A DNA stretch of 64,000 nt from Takakia lepidozioides (taxonomy: Eukaryota; Plantae; Bryophyta): positions 9,672,001 through 9,736,000 of the forward strand of contig CM060732.1 of assembly GCA_030704615.1 (NCBI GenBank), read 5' to 3'. Each line of letters opens with the position of its first letter. The first letter of the stretch is position 1. Under the pieces are notes generated by a model. That model saw only the letters and a program-made list of their open reading frames with translations. It was not told the DNA's origin and searched no databases. The translations under genes and the position numbers were made by a program. Below are positions 11,646-24,416 of this stretch, piece by piece.

Positions 11646-12661
11646 TGTTAGAGGACTGTCGGGGACTTAGACACTTATACGGGATCTGTAGGGTACCCTT
11701 AATTTTTGCACAGACTGAGACCAACAGGAGCCTTAGGGGTGACAACATCGCACTGTAGAGGGGGGTTACACAGCCCGTCACAGTAGTCACAGCCGACACA
11801 GCCAACACAGCCTGTCCAGTCGTCACAGCCGACACAGCCAACACAGCCCGTTACAGTCATCACAGCCGACACAACCGACACAGCCCGTCACAGTCGTCAC
11901 AACCGACACAGCCATCACAGCCGACACAGCCACACAGCCAGTCACAGCCCGACACAGCCAAACATAGTCGCACAGCCAGTCACAGCCCGTCACAGTTTCA
12001 CACAGCCAGTCACAGCTTGACACAGCTGTCACGATCATAGGGAACGGAGAGCAGGACAGGGAACGACTGTGGGGAACAACACCTGCGAAGGGAACATGTT
12101 AGTTCACAGACGACGGTTAGTGAGGGAAACGGTTAGAACCACGGGTAGGAAGATAAAGGGAGAAGCGGGGAATTTGGAGGGGGATATCATTTGGGTGGAG
12201 GACTTCTTGGTCATGGAGGAGAGGGGATCGGGCAGAGATGAAGAACGGAAGTGAAGATAGAGAGATGATGAGTAGATGCTTGATATATGCAAGGCTGTAA
12301 TGATATTGTAGAGCAGATTAGAGACACAATGGCTTCGGCCTGATACCTGATAAATCATAATCGGATACTTTTACGATACAATCACACTGTGTAGAGAGAT
12401 CTGAGTGAAGCTGTGGAATGAATGGATGAGTTGATGGAATCCAATAGATTGATAAAGCAAATTGATACTTAATTATCAATGGTAAGATAGCTAACATGAA
12501 TGCCAAAAGGGAAACAAATAGGAAACACCCCCATGATACACTAGCTGTAGGTCATGACTGATTGTTCTGCGCGGGCTGAGTACTTAGAGATTTCCAACTC
12601 TTCTATCTTGGAGTTTCCGCCTCGAATAGCGAAGGGATGGGTGAGTAAAAGCCGCGTGACA
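11646..12661 (+). mobile_element. 3' LTR (~1016 bp), copy 1
   Basis: Starts TGTTAG and ends CGTGACA. Homologous over its full length to 40216-41260 (reverse strand), and the homology ends within a few bases of this point. Confidence 0.88.
11767..12033 (+). repeat. CACAGCC-based minisatellite inside the LTR
   Basis: More than 20 degenerate units such as gtcacagcc, gacacagcc and aacacagcc. Confidence 0.92.
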
Positions 12662-13351
12662 GACATTCCACATTCGGGAAGAAGAAAGTGGCAATTATAT
12701 TACATTCATCTTCTTGCACCCTATTTTTTTTGTGAGGAATTATACACTTGGTGGTGCCGCACCGCCATGGCTCCAGGTGCATTTCGGTGCCGCAATACAT
12801 GAGAATGTGGTTTTTGGCCGTGAATGGCATGGGCATGTTTTTTTAAAATTTTGGTTATGTCTATAAATGGATCCGAGGAAAGCATACATTGTGTGAAGAT
12901 ACACGGGTATTGTGGCCTATTTCAGCGCCGTTATTGGTCTGTATACTGCATAGTGCTTCCTTGTTACTGCTCTTCATTCAATTTGTGGTGATTTCGCAGC
13001 CCATCCTGGCGTTTTCGTCCACCTTTATGAGAAGACTCCAATTTGCTACCAATACATTGTTAGTGTTCTGCAAATGTGATGCCTTTACAAGATTGCTAGT
13101 TTTGTGTCCCAGTGGGAAGGGTCCTACTGCACATTCCAGCATTTGCATACTGCACCTTGTGCAAACAGCAATCCATATGACAAAGGACACGTCCCAACAT
13201 ACTGGCAGTGAATTGCAAAAAACCTTAACAGAAGATTATCCAAGCATGTATATTCCCCATATGGCACAGGGAAGCTACTTGATTTCTGAATCAAAATGTA
13301 TGTGCCATGAGTGTCGGCGAGTCGAAACATATCTACTCTAGCATGCATGAC

Positions 13352-13902
13352 CTATGGTCCCCTCGCCCAAGAAGAAGGAACTCGAACTGGCCTCTCAAGG
13401 ACCTCCTGAGTGACCGGGTGCCAATATTTGAGCAAAATGTCAGCGGTTTTTGTCGCCCGGTTGAAACTAACGAGGATGTCGTGTTTATCGATAGCGCCCC
13501 CTTTGTAGAAGGACATTTTCATAGTGGGCCTTGTGTTCCCCTCCTCCTCATCCTCATAACTGAAGAGAATGTCCCCACTTTCCGAGCCAGTTTGTCCACG
13601 CGTGAAGTTTTCACCTATGCACTCATCATACGTCCACTCGCAACAATTCCAGCGATACAGCAACGCTGTGCGTGATCTGTTCGGCTCCCACTCAAGTGGA
13701 AAGTCTAGGTCCATGATGCTTAGGAACCACCTGCTCCCCAGCCGGGGTCCAGGAGAATCGTGCAATCCTGGAAGAAACTCCATTGCTCTCAGCTGACAAG
13801 TCAAGGATCGTCCCTGTAAACATCTAGGAAGACAATGATGTCGTCTGCTTTCGGGACAATGACTCCCGTCTGGCGTCGATAGATGTGATTCGGGCACGAC
13901 AT
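13352..13902 (-). pseudogene. Decayed orphan coding sequence of unknown function
   Basis: Reads MSCPNHIYRRQTGVIVPKADDIIVFLDVYRDDP*LVS*EQWSFFQDC.. (two TGA stops), then shifts frame into the globular-looking ORF 13352-13897 (WFLSIMDLDFPLEWEPNR..YWHPVTQEVLERP). Confidence 0.35.
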
Positions 13903-14119
13903 GGCCTCACGACACAACAAGAACTCAGAGCAGGGAGGAGATGGGCACAACAGAGAAGAGTGAAGAGCAAAATGAGAGCGAGGCCGGCGGAAGAGGGATA
14001 TATCATTGCTGCACTGCCAATGTCGTATGCGGCAAAACTTCTATTTCCTCCGACATGTGTGCTTTTATTAGACAAATCCGCACCAGTTTCAGGAGAGTTT
14101 GCAAAACTCCCTCACCGTA

Positions 14120-14425
14120 AGGCGGGTATTTGCTCTCCAGAGCCCAATTTCGGCGCCGTTATTGGATGGATTGCGGAAGCTTCAGCCGAGAATTTTGTTT
14201 CCGGAGCCCAATTTCGGCGCCGTTATTGGTTGCACTCCCCAGCCTTCAGCTGGGTATTTGGTTTCCGGGGCCCAATTTTGGCGCCGTTATTGGCTGCACT
14301 CCGGAGGCTTCAGCCGGGTATTTGGTTGGCGGAGCCCAATTTCGGCACCGTTATTGGCTTCACTCCCGAGCCTTCAGCCGGCTATTTATTTTCCTGTGCC
14401 CAATTACGGCACCGTTATACCCAAC
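14120..14425. repeat. 64-bp tandem repeat, ~4.5 copies
   Basis: The core cccaatt(t/a)(c/t)ggc(g/a)ccgttat starts at 14143, 14207, 14271, 14335 and 14399, an exact 64-bp period. A further degenerate core lies near 14532. Confidence 0.93.
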
Positions 14426-14569
14426 CATCCTGCACTTGTGCAACAGTACTCTCCACGGTTATAGGTCGCCATTGCGTTTTAGGAGTCTGCAAACCCGGAT
14501 CCTAATTCCGCTTGCGTCTCTTCCTCTGGGATAATTTCGGTGCCGTTATTGCCCAGAATTCAGTTTTTC

Positions 14570-14790
14570 TATGACCTGGCTTGGCAGTCCATGAGCCTGG
14601 GCTCCAAGTCATGAGCGGACACTGGTACTTATGAGCGCGGAAATCTTTGAAAACCTTATCTTCTTATACTACTTTCGATTATTTTATAGTTTTGGGTCCG
14701 AAAAAAATCTGCCGAAATTCGAAGTGTGTTACTTTGCGGCTCATGGGTGAGCCATGCCCGCTCATGACCTCATGGAATAGCAACCCCCTG
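14570..14790 (-). mobile_element. Probable hAT-like terminus (CAGGGGGTTG on - strand) with CATGAG subterminal motifs
   Basis: caaccccctg at 14781-14790, repeated atgagc/gctcatg motifs inside it, and an abrupt change in sequence character after 14790. Confidence 0.45.
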
Positions 14791-15975
14791 AGTCTTGGCC
14801 CACCCACCACGGTCCCCTTGGATCGTGATGAGTCCCAAGACTCCCACGACTCCCACCACAAGGTCTCCGGCCCCATGGTGAGTCCTATGCCACCCCCACT
14901 AAGTCCCACTAAGCTACCACCACCCCTTGTGGAGCCACCCCCACCGCAACCCAGTGTGCGGGGCTCCACCTAGTGAGTGCCTCCGCCTCCTCGAGTGCTT
15001 TGGGCACTCGAGGTTGCTTCAGCCCCCCGTACCTATTGCTGCCACCGCCCCCACCATAGGGGCAGCCCCTCTGCGACCCGACTTCCTGCCCTCGAGGCAA
15101 AGGGCCGCGACACACACCCCTACCAACAGGGAGTCGATGTCCTCATCGACTTGTCCATTTTGTAGAAACGAACATCCAAGTTGCGGCGTCCCACATCAAG
15201 GAGTTCGTTTCCGCACCATGGCGTCCCATGGCTAAGAACCAAACCCCCACTTGACTCTTCTCTCCACTAGCTAGTTCAGCCGACTTCCTCCAAGTCCCGG
15301 CCAAGGGTGGAGCCTCTCAAGCTCCTCCCAGTGCACTCTTCTTGACCCACTTCAGGGCCAAGGATCGATCCTCCCCGAGGATCAAATCGCCTTACTGCAA
15401 CAACATTTGCTTGCGACCGCTCGTGATGTCACTTTTGGCATCACCTTGAGCAAGGGTTCGCCTTGAACCCTTTTTGACTAGGAAGATAACCTTGAACCAA
15501 CCGTGCGCCTCAATCACTACAATTGGGTCCGCTTTGGAATGCTGGCCTGAGGTACAAGAACACGCCGAAGCCGCACTACGACTTCGTCCCGAGGCTACAC
15601 GATTATAGTACGTGAACGGAAGCACGTAGCTTCCGCATTAGCCCGCACTACAAGGCAACCCCCTCGGTAGCGCAATTATAGTACGCGCACGCGCTAGGTG
15701 CACACTAGCACGTGAACTCCCAATGAAGGTGCAAGTTTCCTTGCCCCTTGGGTGGGAGTCACCCGATTTCGGCACTACACAAACACACGATTAATCCAAT
15801 TTACCTCTCCCACTTTGTAAGCTTAGCATGCATTCTACACACTAGCCAACCATACCATGCATCACCATTCCAAACAAAATAGGAAGCACAACATTTGGAA
15901 ACCATTTCTTTTATAACAAAATTTCTACAATACAAGTTTTTGCAATTGGATTCCTGAGCTAGCTAAGCCGGGCTA
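14791..15975. mobile_element. Probable LTR or internal non-coding remnant of a retrotransposon
   Basis: GC-rich non-coding segment directly abutting a truncated integrase. Boundaries are not resolved. Confidence 0.3.
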
Positions 15976-15979
15976 AGCA

Positions 15980-17203
15980 TACAAAAAGGGAAAATTCCCG
16001 TTGCGGAGTGTTTTGTGTTATTATAATAGAACTCTGCCGCATCCAAGTGCTCCACCTAGTCTGATTGGTCTGCTGACACATAATTCTGCAAGATCTGCTT
16101 CACCATGGAATTCACCCTTTCCGTTTGGCCGTCTGTCGTAGGTCGGAAGGCGGTGCTCATCTTGAGCCTCGTCCCCATTTTCTTCCAAAGTGCCCTCCAA
16201 AATTTACTTGTAAACTTTGGATCGCGGTCCGAGACAATATCCTTCGGGAGTCCATGATGCTTGAAGACGTAGGCGAAGTAAAGTCGTCCCGTCTCCTGCG
16301 CCGTTGCCGTCTCCTTGGTGGGGATGAAATGGCCCATTTTACTGAACCTATCCACCACCACCATGATTGCATCAAATCCTTTTGTCAGCGGCATAGCAGT
16401 CATGAAAATACATCGAGACACTTTCCCAAGACCCCTCTGGAATCGGCAAGAGTTGTAACAGCCCCGCTTGCTTTTTGTACTCGCTCCGATTTTGTTGGCA
16501 TGTGGTGCATGTCTTGACATACTCCTCGGCCTCCTCCCTCAGTTTGGGCCAGAAATACTCTTTCTTCAAGAGTGCGGTGGTGCGCTTGGCTCTGCCGTGG
16601 CCCGCAAGCGGCCATCGTGGCATTCTCTCAAGAGACTATCTCTGATCCCTCCCTTCGGCACGTAGAGGCACTTTTGCTTATACTGGAGTAGTCCATTTTG
16701 CAAGTGGAACTGCGATTTAACTCCCATCCTCAAGTCCCGCATCACAGACTTTGTCATCTCATCCTTCTGGTAAGCCTTCCGGATCTTCCTTTGGAGCGTT
16801 GTCTCGCCTCTGTACACGAACATGAGCTGTTGCTTTCTACTTAAAGCATCAGCCACCACATTGTCTTGTCCCGGTTTGTACTGGATATCCACGTCGAACA
16901 GTGCCAAAGTGTCTTGCCACCTAAGTTGTTTTGGGGACAACTTAGGCTGTGTGGCAAAATACTTCACCGTGACATTGTCTGTGAACACCTTCACCGGGTT
17001 GGAACCAACATAGTGGCACCAAAGCTCAAGGCAATGCACCACCACCTTTAATTCTTTCTCGTGCGTAGGCCACCTTCGGTCCACTTCATTTAGTTTCTTA
17101 CTTTCGTAAGCCACTGGACATCTATCCTGCATGAGCACACCCCCAATTGCGAAGTCCGACGCATCCGTATGAATCTCAAATGGACGGTCGAACTCCGGAA
17201 TTT
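15980..17203 (-). mobile_element. Decayed Ty3/Gypsy (chromovirus/Tcn1-like) RNase H-integrase fragment
   Basis: PFEIHTDASDFAIGGVL, AYESKKL..HEKEL, HHCC zinc finger (ECHD..GH..CTTCQ), VVVDRFSKMGHF, IVSDRDPKFTS, TDGQTERVN. Contains frameshifts and a stop at 16056. Confidence 0.93.
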
Positions 17204-17623
17204 GCTAGAGCATTCATAGTCTATGCCGTAGCTACTTAGTCATACATCTCGTTCGCTATTATCACTTTTAGGAACATGCACTCTAGAGGCTTTGAATTCA
17301 GGTACTAGTATTACATTAAGGCTATTTATATATGTCGTGTGTTCATGGGGATGTAGACGACACTCTTTGGACTGCAGGCTTAAGCATCGTAGCATAGTGA
17401 AAGATGTTCCTAGGAATCATTCATTCGCAATGTTGCTCTGGGGGAACCTGTCCTATAAGAGATTTGTCTGGTGCTCCACTTCAATAGGCATCCTGCAAAA
17501 GATTGGTGCTGATGGGATTAAACTTCCCTGATGTCATCTTCTAGTCTACATAGTCGAATTTTTGCAGATTATGTATATGAGATGACGAAGGATAGTGGGG
17601 ACTTTGGGATCGGTGGGATGCAG

Positions 17624-19460
17624 CATCAGTTTGGGGACACAACTAATGGCTGTATTTTTACTGGTATGAAACCTCTGCTCTGTGTGTTTACATGACCTTG
17701 CGTCGACAATTCATTGAATGATGCTCCAGAGGTGTGATATCTTGTGGGCCCTGAGGCCTTTGTTTGTTCTACCCTGCCCCATGAGCCCAGCTTGTGGCCC
17801 TTTGTGGACATTATAAAGTTTCTTTCTTTCTTCTCTCATGCACACACCCTCAGAGTCTCATTGATGAATGATATATAGGATTGGAGGCTAGTCCCATATT
17901 CCACATCTCTCACTGCTGCCTTTTTGTACAGTATTGGCTTAGAGCTCACACTCCAGATATTCATGGTTATGTGGTCGACAGGCCCACATTAAATTTTAAC
18001 CCCAATGGAGCAACCCATGGTGCCCCAGAGGATGAGGTCCGACATGCAGGAGACCTGGGAAACATTCTGGCTGGACCTGATGGTATTCGAATAACCCTTC
18101 CCCATTATACATTTACGATTGCATGAGCCCTTTTTCCATCACCGCCCGGTTTAGTTTGTTGCACCTTGCTTGCTCCAGAAAGGCCTCAGTAGTGCATGTG
18201 TGACGATATGATTCAGTGAGTTGCATTGGCACGCATCTGTGCATCTGACTTGGATGTGCTTTGACCAGATGCCACCTTCTGTCTCTTCTCTCTCTCTTTC
18301 GCCTCTCTCAGGTGTTGCAGAGGTCACTATCACTGATAACCAGGTGAGGACTGACAGCCTGATACACTCACGTCCTTATGAGTTGCAAGGTACAGTGTTT
18401 TGTGAGTAGCATGCTTGGTGTGGAATTGAGGTAAACCTAGCTCGTCTGTTGCTGATTTACTTCCGTGAGGTCTACAATGAAACTTGACATCTTGGCTAGT
18501 AACCTAGCTTTCAGGGGTGTTCATAGTACGTACTGAAAATCTTATAACATGTTGATACTGTGCAGATTCCTTTGTCAGGTCCTGATTCTGTGGTTGGTAG
18601 GGCACTTGTAATCCATGAACTTGAGGACGACCTTGGCAAAGGTGAGAAAAATTAAGAACCTTACTTTATAGCATCAAACAGAAAGCTTGACATGAACACA
18701 GAGCAAGGGAATTTGCTACAATCGTACTGTCAAGAAACTACTGCTAGTGTGATTTTGCACATTTACTGCATGTTGTTGTTTGCTCTCGGACTAGGGACAT
18801 AGGGCTTTTGGTTATATTTTGTTGACACCAGGCCCTGCACAGGTAAAGATAGTATGACATTCACATGGTAGGTGATGTTAATAGTGAATGCCAAAGTATG
18901 GTTTGGGGATCTTGGCAGCTATGTTAATTGGCCAATTCGGGTCTATGAAACAAGGGAATTACGATTGCTTACTCGTTTGCCACTCACTATATTCCAGCAA
19001 AACGAAGGTGACTGACTGAGTAATGTCCTTGTTGGAGGGTTGCAGGTGGACACGAGCTCAGCCTTTCTACCGGCAATGCAGGAGGCAGGCTTGCTTGTGG
19101 TGAGGACTCTCCCTCCATCTTTCGTGCACTGTGAAACATGTTGTTTGACCCTTGTTTGACTATATTGTCACCTGAAGACCATTAATTTGTGAAGATATGC
19201 CTGTATTCAGACAACATCAAAACCAAATATGATGATACTCTAAACTGATCAGTGCATGCAATACTGGCCAACACCATCTTCATGGTAGTTCATACCCTAC
19301 AATATTGTAGACAAGTTCAATACTGTATATTCTACTGCGCCGCACACTAGATGCAATTGCATGTCCCTACTCTTGTACTCAATGTTGAACATTGCCAATA
19401 TGAAAGAAAGCCTGAATGTGTGGTGTATGTGTAGGTGTTGTTGGACTGACACCTAATTGA
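17624..19460 (+). pseudogene. CSD2: Chloroplast-type Cu/Zn superoxide dismutase (CSD2-like), missing its 5' exons and carrying a 5-bp frameshifting insertion
   Basis: GT-AG exons: 17624-17663 (HQFGDTTNGCIFTG), 17982-18082 ([26 protein letters not shown]), 18312-18343, 18566-18641 ([25 protein letters not shown]), 19046-19099 (GHELSLSTGNAGGRLAC), 19435-19460 (VVGLTPN*). TAAAT is inserted at 17990-17994. No transit-peptide or HGFH exons were found upstream. Confidence 0.92.
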
Positions 19461-21131
19461 GGGAGGACATTTGTAGACTAGAGCAACCCATCTTCTTATT
19501 GACGTGGAGTCTAGATGGAGGAAAGATTACCAACAGCTGAAAGGCTACTCATCCAGTGTAATATTCTTTTATAGTTGTATCTCTACATGTCACCCCTACA
19601 GTCTAGCATAAAATTGTCCGGCTGATTTGCAACATTATAAGAGAAGCCATCGATGGGCTTCTCTTCTTGGCCTGTTGGAAGTGGAGATCTCTATGCTTAT
19701 GGGAGTTAATATCATTCATCCCTGCATAACTTCTCAATTGATGTCATGTAAGAGGTGGACTGCTCTCAAGTTTTCACTTCAGTATGGTTCCTTCCAAATT
19801 AGTTGGTGGCAGAGTCATCATATCTCAGGCCATAAACCTCATTACCCAGCCTCCAATGACTACTGTAGTGACCAATGTACACCCGCGGTAAACCACCCAC
19901 TTTACTAAGAATCAGTGAAAAAGTGCAAACAAAATCAGGATGGTGGTTTCGTTGCAGCTCAGATGCTTATAGACATCACCAATCCTTTTCCAATTTGCCT
20001 CATTCTGTTTCCAGCAACACAAGGAAGCGGTGGCCCACAAGTTTAGGTTTTCTCAACATGTAAAGACGCAAATGCCAAAACTTTGTGTGCAATGGCAAGT
20101 TAACTTCCGTGTATGCGGACAATGGTTAGGCCTACTGCAGTTACCTATCCACATAATTAGGTCAAATGGTTGGGAGTATAGAGTTCATAAATTGCGAAAT
20201 TACAAATTGGAAATTAAGTACTAGAGAGGGTCCAATGTCAGCGGAACTGGTTTCTTATAGTGCTGTGTATCCAAGTTCATGAAGAAATTTGCATTTCGAA
20301 TGATTTCCCGAGTGATGAACTGCACTCTCAGTTCACTTGATTTGATTTCAAAAGCTCTGTATTGCAACTTATTCTCTATACATACCCCCAAGAGCCTGAA
20401 TAGAAACTAGCACTCAATGTCAGAGTTAAAGAAATGTCCATCTACAGGATCTGGATCACATCAGTCAATTTATCACTATTACTTGTGGACAAGAACACCA
20501 GTGATTACTGTGGTTACTGAAAACTCTTAGGCCTACATCAAAGTACCCACCTTGAAATGCTCCTAGGCTGAATATATGTCATGACCAGAGATGTGAAGGG
20601 CGGACAGTTGGAATAGCTGCCATTATGTAAGATTACCTTTTGTGAAGGCTAACCAAAACTAATCACTCCACGTCATGAATTCACAATGCAATGTATAGCT
20701 AAAGAAAATAAAAAGAAACTATGTTGATCTCTTTCTCTCTCCTAGGCAGGGTCACGTGAAGTCTCTACGTCCAAAGAAGATTCGGCAAGCTGAACTGACG
20801 GCGCTTAAACCAGTGCAGGTCCCCAGTCTGAAATTAAGATGTGACAACAGTCCAAACAGGCAGATTTTGGTTGCCTCCAATGCGAAATAATTTGTGTAAT
20901 TGGCATTCAAACTTTTGAAAGAAATCTTTGAATGCAAAAGAAATCAAGAAAGAACTTCACTAGGCTGCAAAGCCGTTCACAAGGTCGTTCACTACGGCCT
21001 GTAGCTCGCTCACCTGTGCACCAATGCCAAAGTGCCACGTAGGCGAGAGTCGGGGCCTGGTGCACTACGGCACCTAGTTCGTCCCTAGGTACCGGCCTCG
21101 CCCTAGTGACTCACTAGGAGCCATAATGCGC

Positions 21132-21329
21132 CCTAGGGGACGCGTAGGAATTTTGGGGGCAGATTAGGCGAGGCTTGTGATTGGCTGCAGGCCATAATGA
21201 GCCACTAAAAGTCAAACAGCCGATTAGGAATGTAGAATGCGCTAGCGCCGTTGAGCGACAATCTTCTGCTTCCTAATTTGCCTCAAAAAAAGGCATAATC
21301 TGCCCCCAAATTCCTGTACGACGTCTAGG
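21132..21329. mobile_element. Short inverted-repeat (MITE-like) element
   Basis: cctagg..ggaattttgggggcagatta pairs with taatctgcccccaaattcc..ctagg, an imperfect inverted repeat of ~37 bp. Confidence 0.45.
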
Positions 21330-21759
21330 TATCTGGTCCTTGTAAATGTGCATTCTGTAAAAGTGGGGCGACCAAGACTGACAAGCTCGTTTCTCGGAAC
21401 TTATAATTCCACAATCCCCCCTAGCCAGGAGATCACCAGATCATGCATATCTAAATGTCTGTACTGAGCAAGTTGAAGTAAAATGGAATGGTAAGCCATA
21501 TCAGCTACGTCTGCCTGCAGATTAATGGGACCAGCACTTGATAACGATGCAGAAGATTATCGTCTGCCCAGTTCCCAATACCGTCTCGCTCCTGGTCTTT
21601 CTCATAGTGCCACAAGTACCTCAAAATCTCAGAACTGCCTGCAGAGCTAGCAAACCAACATATGCTGACCTCGTAACATATGCAGTGGAACCAACAACCA
21701 CCTCTCGAACCCTTTGGCTGCGAGAACATTAAAGTCTGCCCCCTGCTTGTACGTAGATG

Positions 21760-24416
21760 TCATGTGGTAAAAGCATCAAGTTTTCCGTTCCCGTTTTCCA
21801 ATACAGCTGCAACACTACACTCTGGTTCAAAAGCAGATTTGAGAGCCCCAAGTATGCTGTCAGAAGACTGCATCAAATGCGCTGGGACCTTCCGTGGCTG
21901 AACACACGCAGACCATACATGTGCATGATGGATAGGGTTAGTGACAATCACTAGAGTACTAAAGCAGAATTTTACCTGTACTACTCACTGGTGACCCACA
22001 GTACAGAGATATCATATGCGAGTGTAGTGCTTCTCACCTACATTCTGTTTACTGTCTTGCCCAAAATGATTGAGGGTTGAATTCTGAGCCGGAACCTTGT
22101 ACAATGTCCAGATTATGCACCTCGAAACATTTATGTAAACGAAGTTTACCACGTCTGTGCTACTAGCCTAAAACCTTCAAACGTGACTATTAACCCGTCA
22201 CACAAATTAGATTTGATACTGGCCTGAAATCAAGAGCGGAAACACGGACCTTTGCAACAATGAAGCAAATCATTCCCTGGATCAATTTGGAACTGGTACA
22301 CCGTATCACGTCCAGATTAAGAGACTCCACTGCTTCGATAACAGCACTGTGAAACCTAGGGTGGGCCTGACAGATCATCTCAATTACGATCTCATGAGGA
22401 AGGTCCGAATACACATGTAGCTTCTTGACGCAGTTCTTCAGTCCTCCAAGTTTACTTAACCGTTCTCCTCCTTTGAAGAGATGCAGAGAACCTGGTCTTG
22501 TCTTCACAAAATCAACTTCTGTTGCCAATGGTAGCTCTGTCTCCGATGTTGAATTGGGAGAGCCCGTCTCAGCCATGCTGCAGTGCCTGATAGTCGACAT
22601 GTGAACATGCTTCATATCCTTTTCGACACCTGACACACTCTTAGATGGCGGGCCAGTGGCCACAGCGAGCTTCATGTCGGAGCGCTTCTTGCAAAGGGCT
22701 TCCTTTCTATGTTGCAGGTTCTTCACATACTTCATGGCATCCTCCACTATGGTCGATCGATCACGCTTGAATCACAAAACCAACCAGTGGACAACAGTGC
22801 GCGTTAGTCTGACCACGTTCTCATGGACACAGTAACGCTTTCTGTTAAGATTGAATTAATACTATCAAGGGCCTTGGAAATCATACTAGCTGGAAAGCTT
22901 GTGCAGAGTTAGAAGATAGGAGGTACACTGCAAAGATGGCCGGTGTTATCCTTGACAGACCCGCCAACTGAAGCCAGTTTGCTGATTGTAAGGCCCCCAT
23001 GCTTCAGGCATTCATAAAGATGCACACCTTAACTAGATACAAAAGTTGGTTGACAGAGAGTACTGCAAGAGCGGTAAATTAGTATCATTCCAGTCTGGCT
23101 ACTTAATAACACAGTGACCAGTCGTAGATTCACAACGCACCCTCGATGTACATCACCTACGGAAAACCAGGCAAGTAAGTTCTCTTTAATACATATAGAG
23201 TTCCTTGATGGTGATCTGTTTCCAGCTCCCCCTATTTCGCACCAGGTCCTGCATGCATTAATGAGTACAGGCACGAGCCTACTTCCATGCTGACCAGCCA
23301 GTCATCTCAAATAAGCTCACATACATATAAGTTAATTTCTCGTTCTACAGGGCCACGATCTATGCAGCGCCTACCAAAACCAACTTGAATGACAAACACC
23401 CCAATGGGGTCTTCTATTGCAAGGTTTGTCATGACTGCTTGCGGCGGCACAACGAGCTTAAGAGCATAATCACACCATAGCACATTTTAGCCTGAGAATC
23501 AACCGTATATACATGTGTAGAGGACAGGAAAAAGCACAAGAGAGTGCTTATGATTGTCAGGTCTGAGAGGGCCAGACTTTGGTCATCTGGCAGACTTTCT
23601 ACACTGACGTATACAACAGCTGAACAAAAGCAGAATAATGGCAGCCCCACAGACTTCCTGGGGTCAGTGAAGAGAATTTACTTTGGAGCTCGAAGGAAGT
23701 AGAGATTCCAGAAGTGAGAATTTGGTGGTCATGTCGTCTCTACGCTGCCGCTCCCTCAGAATGTGCTCAGCCTGCTCGGACGGGTGCGTCCATCTTGATT
23801 TTTTTGAGCACTCCGACCCAGGGTTCCGTGCCTTCTTTGGGGGCTGCAATTCTGTCTCATGAGGTTTTTCCGACTTTCTTTTGGACCGGTTGAGAGTATC
23901 TACCTCGTCCTTCGGGCCAGTCTCCAGCTTTGTTATATTGGAGCTGGGTGATTGAACCCTAATTCCATCACGAGCCACTCGCTGCCTGTAATGTGGTTCT
24001 CCGTTGTCCGCCGGAGCATCCTCTGGGACAGACTTACTCGAAGGCACAGCTACTGATCGAGGATCGCCATATGACCAGCCCAGCGGCACTGCCACCTGAG
24101 GGAGCGACGTCGCAGGTGCCGGTAACATGATCGTGTTTTTCCCATTGTCAGCGGGAGAAGGCAGTTGCTGTTCCGGAAGAATCTCGGGAAGGCCCTCAAA
24201 CAACTTGTGAATGCTGCGGTCTATGTCGACCTCGGAAAGAGACAGGCCAGATGGCAACGATGTGAAAGCGATGGGATAGAAGGAAGATGGCATGTCGTCC
24301 AACTGATACATGGAGTGCGGCCGGGATTCATACCAGAGCGGTGAACCATGAAACAAGAAATTGGCGTCATCAAGTTGCTGCTGGAGGGCTAGTAGACAGC
24401 CTCCCTGAGAGTCCAT
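21760..24416 (-). CDS. bHLH transcription factor with a C-terminal ACT-like domain, 3 exons (24416-23682, 22765-22250, 21897-21760)
   Basis: EHILRERQRRDDMTTKFSLLESLLP..K|RDRSTIVEDAMKYVKNLQ is a basic-helix-loop-helix with an intron in the loop. IVIEMIC..HSAVIEAVESLNLDVIRCT is ACT-like. Splice sites are canonical GT-AG. The start ATG is inferred. Confidence 0.9.

Noticed and set aside
11578-12038. Cys/Val/Thr-rich ORFs (also 40797-41239)
   Set aside because: These are translations of the CACAGCC minisatellite in the LTRs.
13824-14075. Secreted peptide with a signal sequence (MIYPSSAGLALILLFTLLCC)
   Set aside because: The hydrophobic run comes from a CT-rich stretch that looks like a 5'UTR, and the frame ends soon after.
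13885-14534. Repetitive ORFs with PNFGAVIG units
   Set aside because: The repeat period is 64 bp, not a multiple of 3, so the same peptide appears in all three frames. The repeat is non-coding.
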